From contig CALHSW010000034.1 in the NCBI GenBank assembly GCA_938038735.1, positions 46,335 through 110,334 on the forward strand: a stretch of 64,000 nucleotides of DNA, written 5' to 3'. This document shows positions 56,124 through 64,000 of the stretch, one piece after another. The translations under genes and the position numbers were made by a program. This DNA is from an uncultured Bacteroidia bacterium (GTDB taxonomy: Bacteria > Bacteroidota > Bacteroidia > Bacteroidales > CAJPTX01). The first letter of the stretch is position 1; every line of letters starts with the position of its first letter. Below the pieces are notes generated by a model, which was not told where the DNA came from, ran no database searches, and saw only the letters and a list, made by a program, of their open reading frames with translations.

Positions 56124-56269
56124 GCGAGCCAGTCTGAAAGCCTGACCCTGGCGGATGATTGCGGGCGCAAATTCAATGCGTGGATTAACATAGGGGGGCA
56201 GCGCGGGTCACTCCTATTGAGAGACCGCCCTACGGGCGGGGCTGCATTGGTCATAAATTTTATGCGGGG
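56124..56269. repeat. Four-hairpin family, rearranged composite (5' part inverted at 56124-56178, module 2 forward at 56214-56269)
   Basis: The reverse complement of 56124-56178 aligns with 54478-54530 (gaatttgcgc..cagggtcaggctttcagactggctcgc). 56214-56269 reads ctattgagagaccgccctacgggcggggctgcattggtcataaattttatgcgggg. Confidence 0.75.
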
Positions 56270-56457
56270 CAGGAGAGGGCGGTATTTGATCGACCGTATA
56301 GGAGCGTTCCGACAATGTTCTAACGATAGGCTTGCGCTCCATTCCCTGCATGGAGCTTGCATCGCAATAACGCCAACAGCTATTTTATTGGTCGCACCTA
56401 ACTGCCCTCTGCGTTGAAATCCCCTTGCTGCAGTGCTTGGGAGTTGCGTAAAATTCG

Positions 56458-56465
56458 TACCTTTG
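56458..56465 (+). promoter_or_regulatory. -7 promoter box TACCTTTG
   Basis: It lies 58 nt upstream of the rpsP ATG. Confidence 0.5.
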
Positions 56466-56522
56466 CGCCCGCAAGGGACGGGATCCCTGCATGATCACAC
56501 TAAACAATTAAAGGTACAAGAG

Positions 56523-57092
56523 ATGTCAGTAAAGATCAGATTGAGCCGGCATGGGCGTAAGAATGCCCCGTTCTACCACATAGTAGTAGCCGATAGCCGT
56601 GCGCCACGTGATGGCCGTTTCATAGAGCGTTTGGGCGTTTATGACCCTACGTTGCAGCCAGCGCGCATTGAGCTGGATATGGACAAGAGCATACAGTGGC
56701 TAAATAACGGTGCGCAACCGACCAACACGGTGCGCCGGATACTTTCATACAAAGGGGTGCTGCTCCGCCGCCATTTGCTGAAGGGCGTGGCCAAGGGCGC
56801 ATTTGACAACGATGAGATGGAGCGCCGCTTCTCGAAGTGGATGGAGGAGAAGCAGACGAAGGTAGACGCAGCTGCCAAGGCGGTGGAGGATAAGAAGGAG
56901 CAGGAAGGGGTGAAGCGCCATGAGGCTGAGGTCAAGGTGAATGAGGCGCGGCGTGCTGCCATAGAGGAGAAGCGCAAGGCGCAGCAGGCGGAGGAAGAGG
57001 CGAAGCGTCAGGCGGAGGCCGAGGCGGCGAAGGCTGCAACGGCAGATGCTGCGGCCGCGGCTGAGGGGGAAGCACCAAAGGATGCAGAGTAG
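56523..57092 (+). CDS. rpsP: 30S ribosomal protein S16 with a Lys/Ala/Glu-rich C-terminal extension
   Basis: ORF 56433 was trimmed to [42 protein letters not shown]. Confidence 0.95.
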   Translation: MSVKIRLSRHGRKNAPFYHIVVADSRAPRDGRFIERLGVYDPTLQPARIELDMDKSIQWLNNGAQPTNTVRRILSYKGVLLRRHLLKGVAKGAFDNDEMERRFSKWMEEKQTKVDAAAKAVEDKKEQEGVKRHEAEVKVNEARRAAIEEKRKAQQAEEEAKRQAEAEAAKAATADAAAAAEGEAPKDAE

Positions 57093-57666
57093 AGAGCTGC
57101 AAGCAGCACCATCCGTGCAGGAGTGCATTTGGATGGCCACGCTGCGAAAGCCTGTAGGTATAAAGGGAAGGGTTGCGTTCATGTGGCGCGACCCTTTCTA
57201 TTTCGATAACGTACAGATTGGCGATGGGTGTTTCCTATTCGTTGAGCGCGATGGACTGTTGGTGCCGTACGAGGTGCTAGATATCGACGAGCGTGGGGAT
57301 GGGCGATCCTCTGTGGCGTTAGGGCTTGTGGGCACGGTGGATGAGGCCAAGGCGCTGCAGGGGTTGCGAGTTTTTGTACCCAAACAGTGGGTTTTGGATA
57401 GCCCGAGCGATTCGTTGCTTGGCGGGGATTTGGAGTCTATGCTGCTGGGGCACTACGTGGAGGATGAGGAGGGGCGTATGGTGGGGCGAGTGCGTAGGGT
57501 GTATCAATACCCCATGAACGTGGTGTTAGGGGTGGAGCGTGCGGGCGGAGAGGAGGTGCTGCTGCCGCTATCGGAGGAGTTACTCATTGAGATGCCGCAG
57601 CAGCCGGAGCCATCGGAGGGGTTCCCGCTTAGGTTGCGCATTCCGAAGGGGCTGATAGAGCCGTAA
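57082..57666 (+). CDS. rimM: 16S rRNA processing protein RimM
   Basis: The conserved N-terminal strand [15 protein letters not shown] lies downstream of the ATG at 57082, and the M at 57133 would truncate it. The gene overlaps rpsP by 11 nt. rpsP-rimM synteny is classic. Confidence 0.8.
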   Translation: MQSRELQAAPSVQECIWMATLRKPVGIKGRVAFMWRDPFYFDNVQIGDGCFLFVERDGLLVPYEVLDIDERGDGRSSVALGLVGTVDEAKALQGLRVFVPKQWVLDSPSDSLLGGDLESMLLGHYVEDEEGRMVGRVRRVYQYPMNVVLGVERAGGEEVLLPLSEELLIEMPQQPEPSEGFPLRLRIPKGLIEP

Positions 57667-57714
57667 CCGGGTGTCCTACGGCGGGGCTGCGAAGGCCGTA
57701 AATTTTATGCGGGG
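57667..57714 (+). repeat. Four-hairpin family, module-2 copy directly abutting the rimM stop
   Basis: ccgggtgtcctacggcggggctgcgaaggccgtaaattttatgcgggg starts 1 nt after the TAA. Confidence 0.75.
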
Positions 57715-57971
57715 TCTGCAGGCGTTGTATGCCGTTTTATGCGGGTATTGGGAGGGGGTGTGCGGGTCGCGGCGGGAGCAGGGTTGATCGTACGTTGGCA
57801 CTGATACATTGCCGAAGGTAAGGGTGTGCGGAGGGGGCCCCAGATTGCGTGCGGTGTGAGGCAATGGGGGCGCCATTTTGCGGTGCTTGCATGCAATTTG
57901 ATTTTTCAAAGTACGTAAGAATTCGTAACTTGCGGCCGTTGAATTATTTGAAAAAAAAAAGGAAAAACGAG

Positions 57972-60900
57972 ATGGTTCGATTGAAGGGAGGCGTGCGGGG
58001 AATGGGCACGCTGTTTGGGGCATTATTACTACTGCTATTCGTGGGAACGGCGTACGGTGCGCGGGAAGATAGACCGTTGTGGGTGCGCTACCCCGCAGTG
58101 TCGCCAGATGGGCGGAACGTAGCGTTCTGTTACCGCGGGGTGCTGTTCGTGGTACCGACTGCGGGTGGCGAGGCGAGAGCTCTTACAACCGGTACGGATT
58201 ACGCCGCGGGGCCGATATGGTCGCCCGATGGGAAGCAGATTGCGTACGAGGGGCATCGCTACGGCAATGCGGATATCTTCTTGCTGCCCATAGAGGGCGG
58301 AGCGCCCACCCGCCTGACGACCCATTCGACGTGGGAGACCCCCTTGGCATTCAATGCGGCGGGCGATAGTATCTATTTCCGCGCCATGTACACGCCGGAT
58401 GCCAGGAGCGGCGGTTTCTACACGGGGTGGACGAAGCCGCTGTATAGAATGTCAATCAAGGGTGGCGATCCGGTGCTGCAGTTGGCGCACCCCTTGGCTG
58501 CGCTCGATGTTTCAAAGGATGGGAAGAGGGTGATTTTTGAAGATTTGAAGGGCAACGAGGATCCATTCCGTAAGCACCATGTGAGTTCCATCACGCGGGA
58601 TATATGGAGCTACGACAAGGCGAGCGGTAGGGTGTCAATTCTGATAGAGCGGCCGGGCGAGGATCGGAATCCTATATTTTCGCCTGATGGCAGCGGGTTC
58701 TACTTTTTGAGCGAGCGCGATGGCGGGTCAATGAATGTCTATAAGGCCACGTTGGCGAACCCTACGGCGGCTACGGCGATTACGAGCTTTGAGAAGAACC
58801 CCGTGCGCAATCTTACGTCGTCGAGCGATGGTTTGCTGTGCTTTAGCTACGATGGGGAAATCTACACGATGCGTGAGGGGGCTGCCCCGCAGCGGTTGTC
58901 CGTAAGCGTGAACTACCCCAATGAGGAGTTCCCTGTGCAGAACATTACCTACCGCAGCGGCGCGGACGAGGCGAGCTTATCGCCCGATGGGAAGGAAGTA
59001 GCATTGGTAGTTAGGGGCGATGTTTTTGTGACGTCGGTGGAGTACGGCGTGACGCGCCGTATCACCAACACGCCAACGCAGGAGCGTTCCGTGAGTTTTA
59101 GTCCTGATGGGCGGACGCTGGTTTACGCTGGGGAGCGTGATGGGAGTTGGAATCTTTACACCACAAAGATAACCCGCAAAGAGGAACCCAATTTCTCTGG
59201 GGCAACGGAGCTTACGGAGTCGGTGCTGCTGAAGAATGGCAAGCAGAATTTTCAGCCGCTCTTTTCGCCCGATGGGAAAGAGGTGGCCTTTTTGCAGGAT
59301 CGTACCAAGCTGATGGTGATAAACGTGGCGAGCAAAGCGGTGCGAGAGATTACGGATGGGAGCCAGAACTACTCCTACGCGGATGGAGATTTGAGTTTTG
59401 ATTGGTCGCCCGATGGCAAGTGGCTGACGCTAGACTACGTGGCGAAGAAGCGTTGGCCCAATAACGATATAGGAGTTGTTTCAGCTGCGGGAGGGCAACC
59501 CATTATCAACATCACGCAGAGCGGGTATACGGAGGGCGAACCCAAGTTCATGATGAACGGCGATATGATTATGTGGTTCAGCGACCGACTGGGGCTCCGT
59601 CAGCATGCGAGCTGGGGTGCGCAGCAGGATGTGTACGCCTTCTTTACCACGAAGGAGGCCTACGATAAGTTCATGCGGAGCAAGTTTGAGGATGAGTTGG
59701 CCAAGTCTGCCAAGGACGAGAAGGATGACGAGGCGAGCGATGATGACAGCAAGGGTAAGAAAGATAAGAAGGGGAAGAAGAAGGACGATGGAAAGGCTAA
59801 GAAGGACGAGAAGAAGTCCATCAAGATTGAATTTGATCGGCCTGAAGATCGTATAGTGCGTTTGACGGTGAATAGCGCGTCGATAAGCGATGCGTTGGTG
59901 ACGCCGGACGGTAAGTCGCTCTACTACCTAGCGCAGTTTGAAGATAGGTATAACCTGTGGAAGGTGGACCTCAAGGAGCGCGAAGCCAAGAAGGTGCTAA
60001 ACCTGGAGGTTGGTGGCGGGTCGCTCTCCTTTGATAAGGATGCGAAGAATATCCTCGTGGCGACTGGGAGCAGCCTGATAAAGGTGAAGGTGTCAGACCA
60101 TTCGAGAAAGAATATATCGTATGCGGCAAGGTTTGAGCTTCGTGCGCCGCAGGAGCGGGAGTACATGTTTGAGCATGCGTGGCAGCAGGTGAAGGATAAG
60201 TTTTACCGCAGCGATATTCATGGGGTGGATTGGAACTACTACCATGACACGTACAAGAAGTTCTTGCCGCATATCAATAACAACTATGATTTTGCGGATA
60301 TGCTGAGCGAGATGCTTGGGGAGCTCAACGCGTCGCACACGGGGTCGGGCTACAGGGGTTCACAGAGCGAGCAGCCTGCAATTACCGCGTCGTTGGGGCT
60401 TTTCTACGATGCGAATTACAAAGGTAAGGGGTTGAAGGTTACTGAGGTTCTGATAGGCGGTCCGTTTGATAAGGCGGCATCGAAGGTAAAGCCTGGCACG
60501 ATAATTACCCGCATTGATGGCGAGGAGGTGGAGTCGTTGGCGAGTCTCCCGGCGCTGCTGGATCGGATGGTGGGCGAACGGGTGCGCGTAGATTATCAGG
60601 GCGGCAGCGAGGTGGTGAAGCCGATAAGCCTTGGCGAAGAGCGGAATCTGCTGTACAATCGTTGGGTGGATCAGCGCCGCAAGGAGGTAGATTCACTCTC
60701 AAAGGGGCGGCTCGGCTACGTGCATGTTCGCAGCATGGATGGAGATAGCTACCGCGCTGTGTATGAGGGACTCTTTGGACGTTACAATGATCGCGAAGGG
60801 GTGGTGATAGATACGCGCTACAACGGCGGTGGTCACCTACATGAGGATATTGAGGTTCTTTTCAGCGGTACGAAATACCTGGATCAGGTGCCGCGGGAGC

Positions 60901-61310
60901 ATATGGTGTCGGAGCAGCCGCGGAAGCGTTGGAAGAAGCCCTCGGTGATGCTCATAGGCGAGGCAAACTACAGCAATGCGCACGGAACGCCGTGGGTGTA
61001 TAAAACGCAGAAGGTGGGTAAGCTGGTGGGGATGCCTGTGCCAGGCACGATGACGAGCGTGTGGTGGGAAACGCAGATCGATAGGTCGCTCTACTTCGGT
61101 GTTCCCATCGTGGGGTATGTTGACGCGAACGGAAACTATTTGGAGAATCAGCAGTTGGAGCCCGATGTGAAGGTTCGCATGGATTACCAAAAGCTCAGCC
61201 AGGGGCACGACACGCAGCTAGAGAAGGCGGTGGAGGTGCTGCTGCAGGAGTGCGACTCGGTGAAGGCGACGAGTCCGTGGACGGCCATTGATGCCAAGTA
61301 TAGCAAGTAG
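57972..61310 (+). CDS. Tricorn-like protease: beta-propeller (PD40/TolB-like) + PDZ + S41 peptidase
   Basis: ORF 57849 was trimmed to the ATG at 57972, which gives signal peptide ...MGTLFGALLLLLFVGTAYGA. SPDG(K/R) propeller repeats recur (YPAVSPDGRNVAF, WSPDGKQIAY, FSPDGRTLVY, FSPDGKEVAF, WSPDGKWLTL). The S41-like C-terminus has GYVHVRSMDGDSY. Confidence 0.85.
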   Translation: MVRLKGGVRGMGTLFGALLLLLFVGTAYGAREDRPLWVRYPAVSPDGRNVAFCYRGVLFVVPTAGGEARALTTGTDYAAGPIWSPDGKQIAYEGHRYGNADIFLLPIEGGAPTRLTTHSTWETPLAFNAAGDSIYFRAMYTPDARSGGFYTGWTKPLYRMSIKGGDPVLQLAHPLAALDVSKDGKRVIFEDLKGNEDPFRKHHVSSITRDIWSYDKASGRVSILIERPGEDRNPIFSPDGSGFYFLSERDGGSMNVYKATLANPTAATAITSFEKNPVRNLTSSSDGLLCFSYDGEIYTMREGAAPQRLSVSVNYPNEEFPVQNITYRSGADEASLSPDGKEVALVVRGDVFVTSVEYGVTRRITNTPTQERSVSFSPDGRTLVYAGERDGSWNLYTTKITRKEEPNFSGATELTESVLLKNGKQNFQPLFSPDGKEVAFLQDRTKLMVINVASKAVREITDGSQNYSYADGDLSFDWSPDGKWLTLDYVAKKRWPNNDIGVVSAAGGQPIINITQSGYTEGEPKFMMNGDMIMWFSDRLGLRQHASWGAQQDVYAFFTTKEAYDKFMRSKFEDELAKSAKDEKDDEASDDDSKGKKDKKGKKKDDGKAKKDEKKSIKIEFDRPEDRIVRLTVNSASISDALVTPDGKSLYYLAQFEDRYNLWKVDLKEREAKKVLNLEVGGGSLSFDKDAKNILVATGSSLIKVKVSDHSRKNISYAARFELRAPQEREYMFEHAWQQVKDKFYRSDIHGVDWNYYHDTYKKFLPHINNNYDFADMLSEMLGELNASHTGSGYRGSQSEQPAITASLGLFYDANYKGKGLKVTEVLIGGPFDKAASKVKPGTIITRIDGEEVESLASLPALLDRMVGERVRVDYQGGSEVVKPISLGEERNLLYNRWVDQRRKEVDSLSKGRLGYVHVRSMDGDSYRAVYEGLFGRYNDREGVVIDTRYNGGGHLHEDIEVLFSGTKYLDQVPREHMVSEQPRKRWKKPSVMLIGEANYSNAHGTPWVYKTQKVGKLVGMPVPGTMTSVWWETQIDRSLYFGVPIVGYVDANGNYLENQQLEPDVKVRMDYQKLSQGHDTQLEKAVEVLLQECDSVKATSPWTAIDAKYSK

Positions 61311-61334
61311 TAGAATTCATAGAGGATAGTAGGG

Positions 61335-61360
61335 GCGGGCAGCGTATGGACGCTGCCCGC
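61335..61360 (+). terminator. GC-rich hairpin after the tricorn-like gene
   Basis: gcgggcagcg-tatgga-cgctgcccgc forms a 10-bp stem. No T-tract follows. Confidence 0.45.
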
Positions 61361-61388
61361 ATTACTAGGTAGCGGGAGGAGCGTTGCG

Positions 61389-61877
61389 ATGACGATAGAG
61401 ACCAATAAACGGATGGAGCGCATAGTGGCATCCAAGCAGCTGTTTGGGATATTGATGGTGATACTCAGTATCCTAAGCTTTTACCGTCCGATACGATTGT
61501 GGCTGAGGGGCTTTGGGGTGGAGGCGTGGCTGCTGACGTGCATCTTTGTAGTAGTTTACATGGGGTATCGGCTCTATTTTAGGTTGCGGAAGACGAGCTA
61601 CATATATGCGTCCGATACGGCATTGCCGGGTATGATTCGGATTCGGTATTTTGAGCTTAAACCCATGAATAGTAAGCAGTTCTCCATAGAGATACCGCAG
61701 AAGGAGCTTTACCGTTACGAGATAGTCAAGAGACGGCGTGGGTGGCTGGAGGAGGTGACGCTGTGGCAGCGTCGGGGGAGTAAAATCTTTAAGTACCCGC
61801 CCTTTAGCATTACCATACTGAAGCGAAACGAGCGGGCGCAGCTGCTGGTGATGTTGAAAAAGCACAGCGCGCAGTAG
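61389..61877 (+). CDS. Hypothetical membrane protein (two N-terminal TM helices)
   Basis: 162 aa. The TM segments are LFGILMVILSILSFY and AWLLTCIFVVVYMGY. The C-terminus is basic. No family was recognised. Confidence 0.5.
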   Translation: MTIETNKRMERIVASKQLFGILMVILSILSFYRPIRLWLRGFGVEAWLLTCIFVVVYMGYRLYFRLRKTSYIYASDTALPGMIRIRYFELKPMNSKQFSIEIPQKELYRYEIVKRRRGWLEEVTLWQRRGSKIFKYPPFSITILKRNERAQLLVMLKKHSAQ

Positions 61878-61935
61878 CGGTACGTTGGGGCGTACCGAAC
61901 TAGAGGAGGCGACATTTAAGGCACAGGGAAAGGCG

Positions 61936-63090
61936 ATGGGAGATGTGAATAGCAGCCGCGCGCTCTACATGGTGGCGCTGACAATGCTGCCGAAGATAGG
62001 GCCTTTCACGGCGCGCCGCATGCTTGAATTCTTTGGGAGTCCGGAGGCTGCGTTCCTTGCTCCAGCCGCGCAGCTGCGGGAGCTACCGCGCTTTGGGCAG
62101 GTGATGGAGGAGCATTTCGGCATGCTTGACCGTACCGCCATTCTTGATGCTGCGAAGCGAGAGATAGAATACGCGGCGAGGAATAATCTCGGCATATATT
62201 TGGATGGTGATGTTGATTATCCACCGCTCCTGAAAGAGTGTCCCGATGCGCCGCTCGTTCTTTTCTACCGCGGCGACACGCCGCTGCAGCAGTATTACGG
62301 CAGGAAGTGGCTGAGCGTGGTGGGGACGCGCCGCATGACCGACTATGGGCGAGACTTTGTGAAGAGCTTGATAGGCGGTTTGGCGGCTAAGGGGTACAAG
62401 CTGGTGGTGGTGAGCGGCCTTGCGCATGGGGTGGATGGCGCGGCGCACGAGTCGGCGTTGGCCAATGGGTTCCCCACGGTGGGGGTCTTAGGGCACGGCA
62501 TGGCGCATTTCTACCCGATGGAGCATGTGGCGCTGGCGAAGCAGATGCTCGGCAATGGCGGTTTGCTCACGGAGTTCATGAGCCACCGCAGTGCGGATAA
62601 GGGTACCTTCTTGCAGCGCAATCGGATCATTGCGGGTCTATCTACGGCCACGGTGGTGGTGGAGAGCGCGGTGAAGGGCGGCGCGATGGTGACGGCGCAG
62701 CGGGCAATGGACTACCAGCGCGACGTGCTTGCGCTGCCCGGGGGCGCAGGGCGGGAGCTGAGCTCTGGGTGTAACCAGCTTATAAAACGTAATGTGGCAT
62801 CGCTCATAGAGAATTCCGACGATTTGGAGAGCGCATTGATGTGGAGCATTCCGAACGGGGGAGAGGGGCGCCCGATGCCTGTGCAGCAGACGATTTTTTA
62901 TGAGCCAACGCCGCAGGAGCAGCGTGCGCTCGATGCGCTGCGGGCGCATGAGGAGATGTCAATTGATGAGCTGCTGCGGACCTTGAAAATCCCAATCAAT
63001 CAGCTGAACGCCATGATGCTGCATTTGGAGTTTGTGGGTCAGGTGGTGCTCCAGCCGGGGCGGATATACAGGATAAAGGGGAATGGGTAG
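61936..63090 (+). CDS. dprA: DNA-processing protein DprA (Smf)
   Basis: The Rossmann core VVSGLAHGVDGAAHESALANGFPTVGVLGHGMAHFYPMEH and a C-terminal winged-helix-like region are present. ORF 61885 was trimmed to the ATG at 61936. Confidence 0.88.
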   Translation: MGDVNSSRALYMVALTMLPKIGPFTARRMLEFFGSPEAAFLAPAAQLRELPRFGQVMEEHFGMLDRTAILDAAKREIEYAARNNLGIYLDGDVDYPPLLKECPDAPLVLFYRGDTPLQQYYGRKWLSVVGTRRMTDYGRDFVKSLIGGLAAKGYKLVVVSGLAHGVDGAAHESALANGFPTVGVLGHGMAHFYPMEHVALAKQMLGNGGLLTEFMSHRSADKGTFLQRNRIIAGLSTATVVVESAVKGGAMVTAQRAMDYQRDVLALPGGAGRELSSGCNQLIKRNVASLIENSDDLESALMWSIPNGGEGRPMPVQQTIFYEPTPQEQRALDALRAHEEMSIDELLRTLKIPINQLNAMMLHLEFVGQVVLQPGRIYRIKGNG

Positions 63091-63224
63091 GGGATAGAGG
63101 GCTGTGTTCCTGGAGAGTACTGTTCATGGCGGCGCAGGGTAGCCCCTGAGTACCGTATAGAGCCACCAAGTTGCGCTGCGGTAGCTGTTAGCGGATAGCA
63201 GTTAGAGATTGTAAGGTTAGGGGT

Positions 63225-63238
63225 ATGCAACGTTGCAT
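63225..63238. promoter_or_regulatory. Perfect 14-bp palindrome atgcaacgttgcat upstream of the -7 box (candidate operator)
   Basis: It lies 23 nt upstream of the TATCTTTG box. The function is inferred only. Confidence 0.3.
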
Positions 63239-63260
63239 TCTGCAATGCTATTTTATTCCG

Positions 63261-63268
63261 TATCTTTG
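63261..63268 (+). promoter_or_regulatory. -7 promoter box TATCTTTG
   Basis: It matches TAnnTTTG and lies 32 nt upstream of the ATG at 63300. Confidence 0.45.
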
Positions 63269-63299
63269 CAAGAGGTTTATATAATCGGGCCTAAGGGGT

Positions 63300-64000
63300 A
63301 TGATAGTTCAGTTTAAGGTGAGCAACTTCCTTTCAATAAGGGAAGAGCAAGTGCTAGACTTTACGGCGACATCTGATAAGACCTACGAGGAGCGTGCCGT
63401 GGTCAAATTTGGGAATACGAGAGTTTCTAAGCTGGGTGTCATTTATGGACCCAATGCCTCGGGTAAGACCAACGTTTTGATAGCGTTATCCTTCCTAATG
63501 AATTTTTTTATGGGGAGAGGTGGTTTTAATGCTGAAAACGATATAAAAGTCACCCCATTTTTGATGGATGCAGATAGCCGCAAGAAGCCGTCAACGTTTT
63601 CGCTAAAGTTCTACGTGGGTGAGGTGTTGTACGAATATTTGCTGACCCTGGATGCGCACCGCATATATAGCGAAGAGCTATATTTTTACCCGCGAAACCG
63701 GCGTGCGCTTTTTTACGAACGATTGTGGAATGAGGAGAAAGGCAATTCAACGGTTACATTTGGGACCCTATTAGGGTTAACATCTACGCAGAAGCTTTTT
63801 ATAGAGTCGAATTGTTCTGTGACTACCACTGTGCTTGCAACCTATAGATCTGCCAATGTGGAAAAAAATGATGCTTTCGAGGAGGTTTGCAGCTATTTGG
63901 AGAAGCGGGTAATTGTGGATGTACAATCGGAACTAGAACGATTTGCTAATCAGGTTGTTAAGTCTGAGAATGGCGGTAAGGAGTTTATTTGCGAGATGTT
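63300..64000 (+). CDS. P-loop ATPase, AAA_21/AAA_15-like (N-terminal part, runs off window end)
   Basis: It is absent from the ORF track because it has no stop within the window. My translation is MIVQFKVSNFLSIREEQVLDFTATSDKTYEERAVVKFGNTRVSKLGVIYGPNASGKTNVLIALSFLMNFF... The frame stays open to 64000. It has the Walker A GPNASGKT. It is visibly more AT-rich than its neighbours. Confidence 0.7.
   Translation, partial: MIVQFKVSNFLSIREEQVLDFTATSDKTYEERAVVKFGNTRVSKLGVIYGPNASGKTNVLIALSFLMNFFMGRGGFNAENDIKVTPFLMDADSRKKPSTFSLKFYVGEVLYEYLLTLDAHRIYSEELYFYPRNRRALFYERLWNEEKGNSTVTFGTLLGLTSTQKLFIESNCSVTTTVLATYRSANVEKNDAFEEVCSYLEKRVIVDVQSELERFANQVVKSENGGKEFICEM

Noticed and set aside
56840-57092. The Lys/Ala/Glu-rich C-terminal extension of ribosomal protein S16.
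   Set aside because: Extended basic/acidic tails on S16 are, to my knowledge, a common lineage feature in Bacteroidota. It is not treated as novel.
54478-57714. The possibility that the dispersed repeats form a CRISPR array.
   Set aside because: The copies are irregularly spaced, occur in both orientations, are about 50-170 nt long and are imperfect. No short identical repeat/spacer periodicity and no cas genes are present.
57951-57960. An A10 homopolymer just upstream of the tricorn-like gene start (and an A8 before clpC at about 38435), considered as phase-variation tracts.
   Set aside because: They lie in the untranslated leader. A-rich leaders are the normal translation-initiation context in Bacteroidota, which lack Shine-Dalgarno usage. 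No frame consequence is possible.
1-64000. A search for tRNA, rRNA, tmRNA, RNase P, SRP RNA and riboswitch-like leaders in all intergenic gaps.
   Set aside because: No T-loop/acceptor patterns or recognisable conserved RNA cores were seen by eye. This is a weak negative and should be confirmed with tRNAscan-SE and cmscan.

Overview
The window is 64 kb of chromosomal DNA, fairly GC-rich by eye. It looks like a Bacteroidota (Bacteroidales-like) genome. The evidence is two proteins with type-A T9SS C-terminal sorting domains, a SusC/SusD pair, a fused FeoA-FeoB, A-rich leaders instead of Shine-Dalgarno sites, and a recurring TAnnTTTG (mostly TACCTTTG) -7 promoter box 26-67 nt upstream of start codons. 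All calls come from reading motifs by eye. No BLAST, HMM or folding program was run. Most genes are housekeeping: ddl (fragment), aspS, miaA, feoAB, plsY, pldA-like, trmH-family, pgk, ftsE, clpC, tpx, fabG, ftsY, rimO, proS, rpsP, rimM and dprA. No tRNA, rRNA, CRISPR array, integrase or transposase was seen. Many ORF-track ORFs are over-extended at the N-terminus, so I re-set their starts using signal peptides, conserved N-termini and the promoter box. The accessory content worth a second look is as follows. (1) A 20-kb same-strand block at 15847-35666. It holds a 3045-aa T9SS-secreted multi-domain surface protein, then a terminator-bounded unit of Zn-metalloprotease lipoprotein, SusC, SusD and a 1024-aa T9SS cargo protein. 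The unit has no glycoside hydrolase and no PUL-type regulator, so it is a candidate protein/peptide utilization locus. (2) A dispersed, about 170-nt, four-hairpin intergenic element with at least 9 copies or fragments. It shows compensatory stem changes and sits mostly in the sense orientation just 3' of genes. (3) A 53-nt identical element built on a perfect 48-bp palindrome, present twice 49 kb apart. (4) Two tandem, translationally coupled paralogues with lipobox, TPR, TM, coiled coil and a SpoIIE/PP2C phosphatase domain. (5) A low-complexity lipoprotein (coiled coil, Tyr/Gly-rich block, five TRTR motifs) paired with a FadL/PorV-like beta-barrel. (6) An orphan MCP-type chemoreceptor with no che genes nearby. 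(7) A DUF285/BspA-like gene bracketed by the repeat family. (8) A visible GC drop after dprA, where a P-loop AAA_21-like ATPase gene (candidate defence/accessory island edge) runs off the window.
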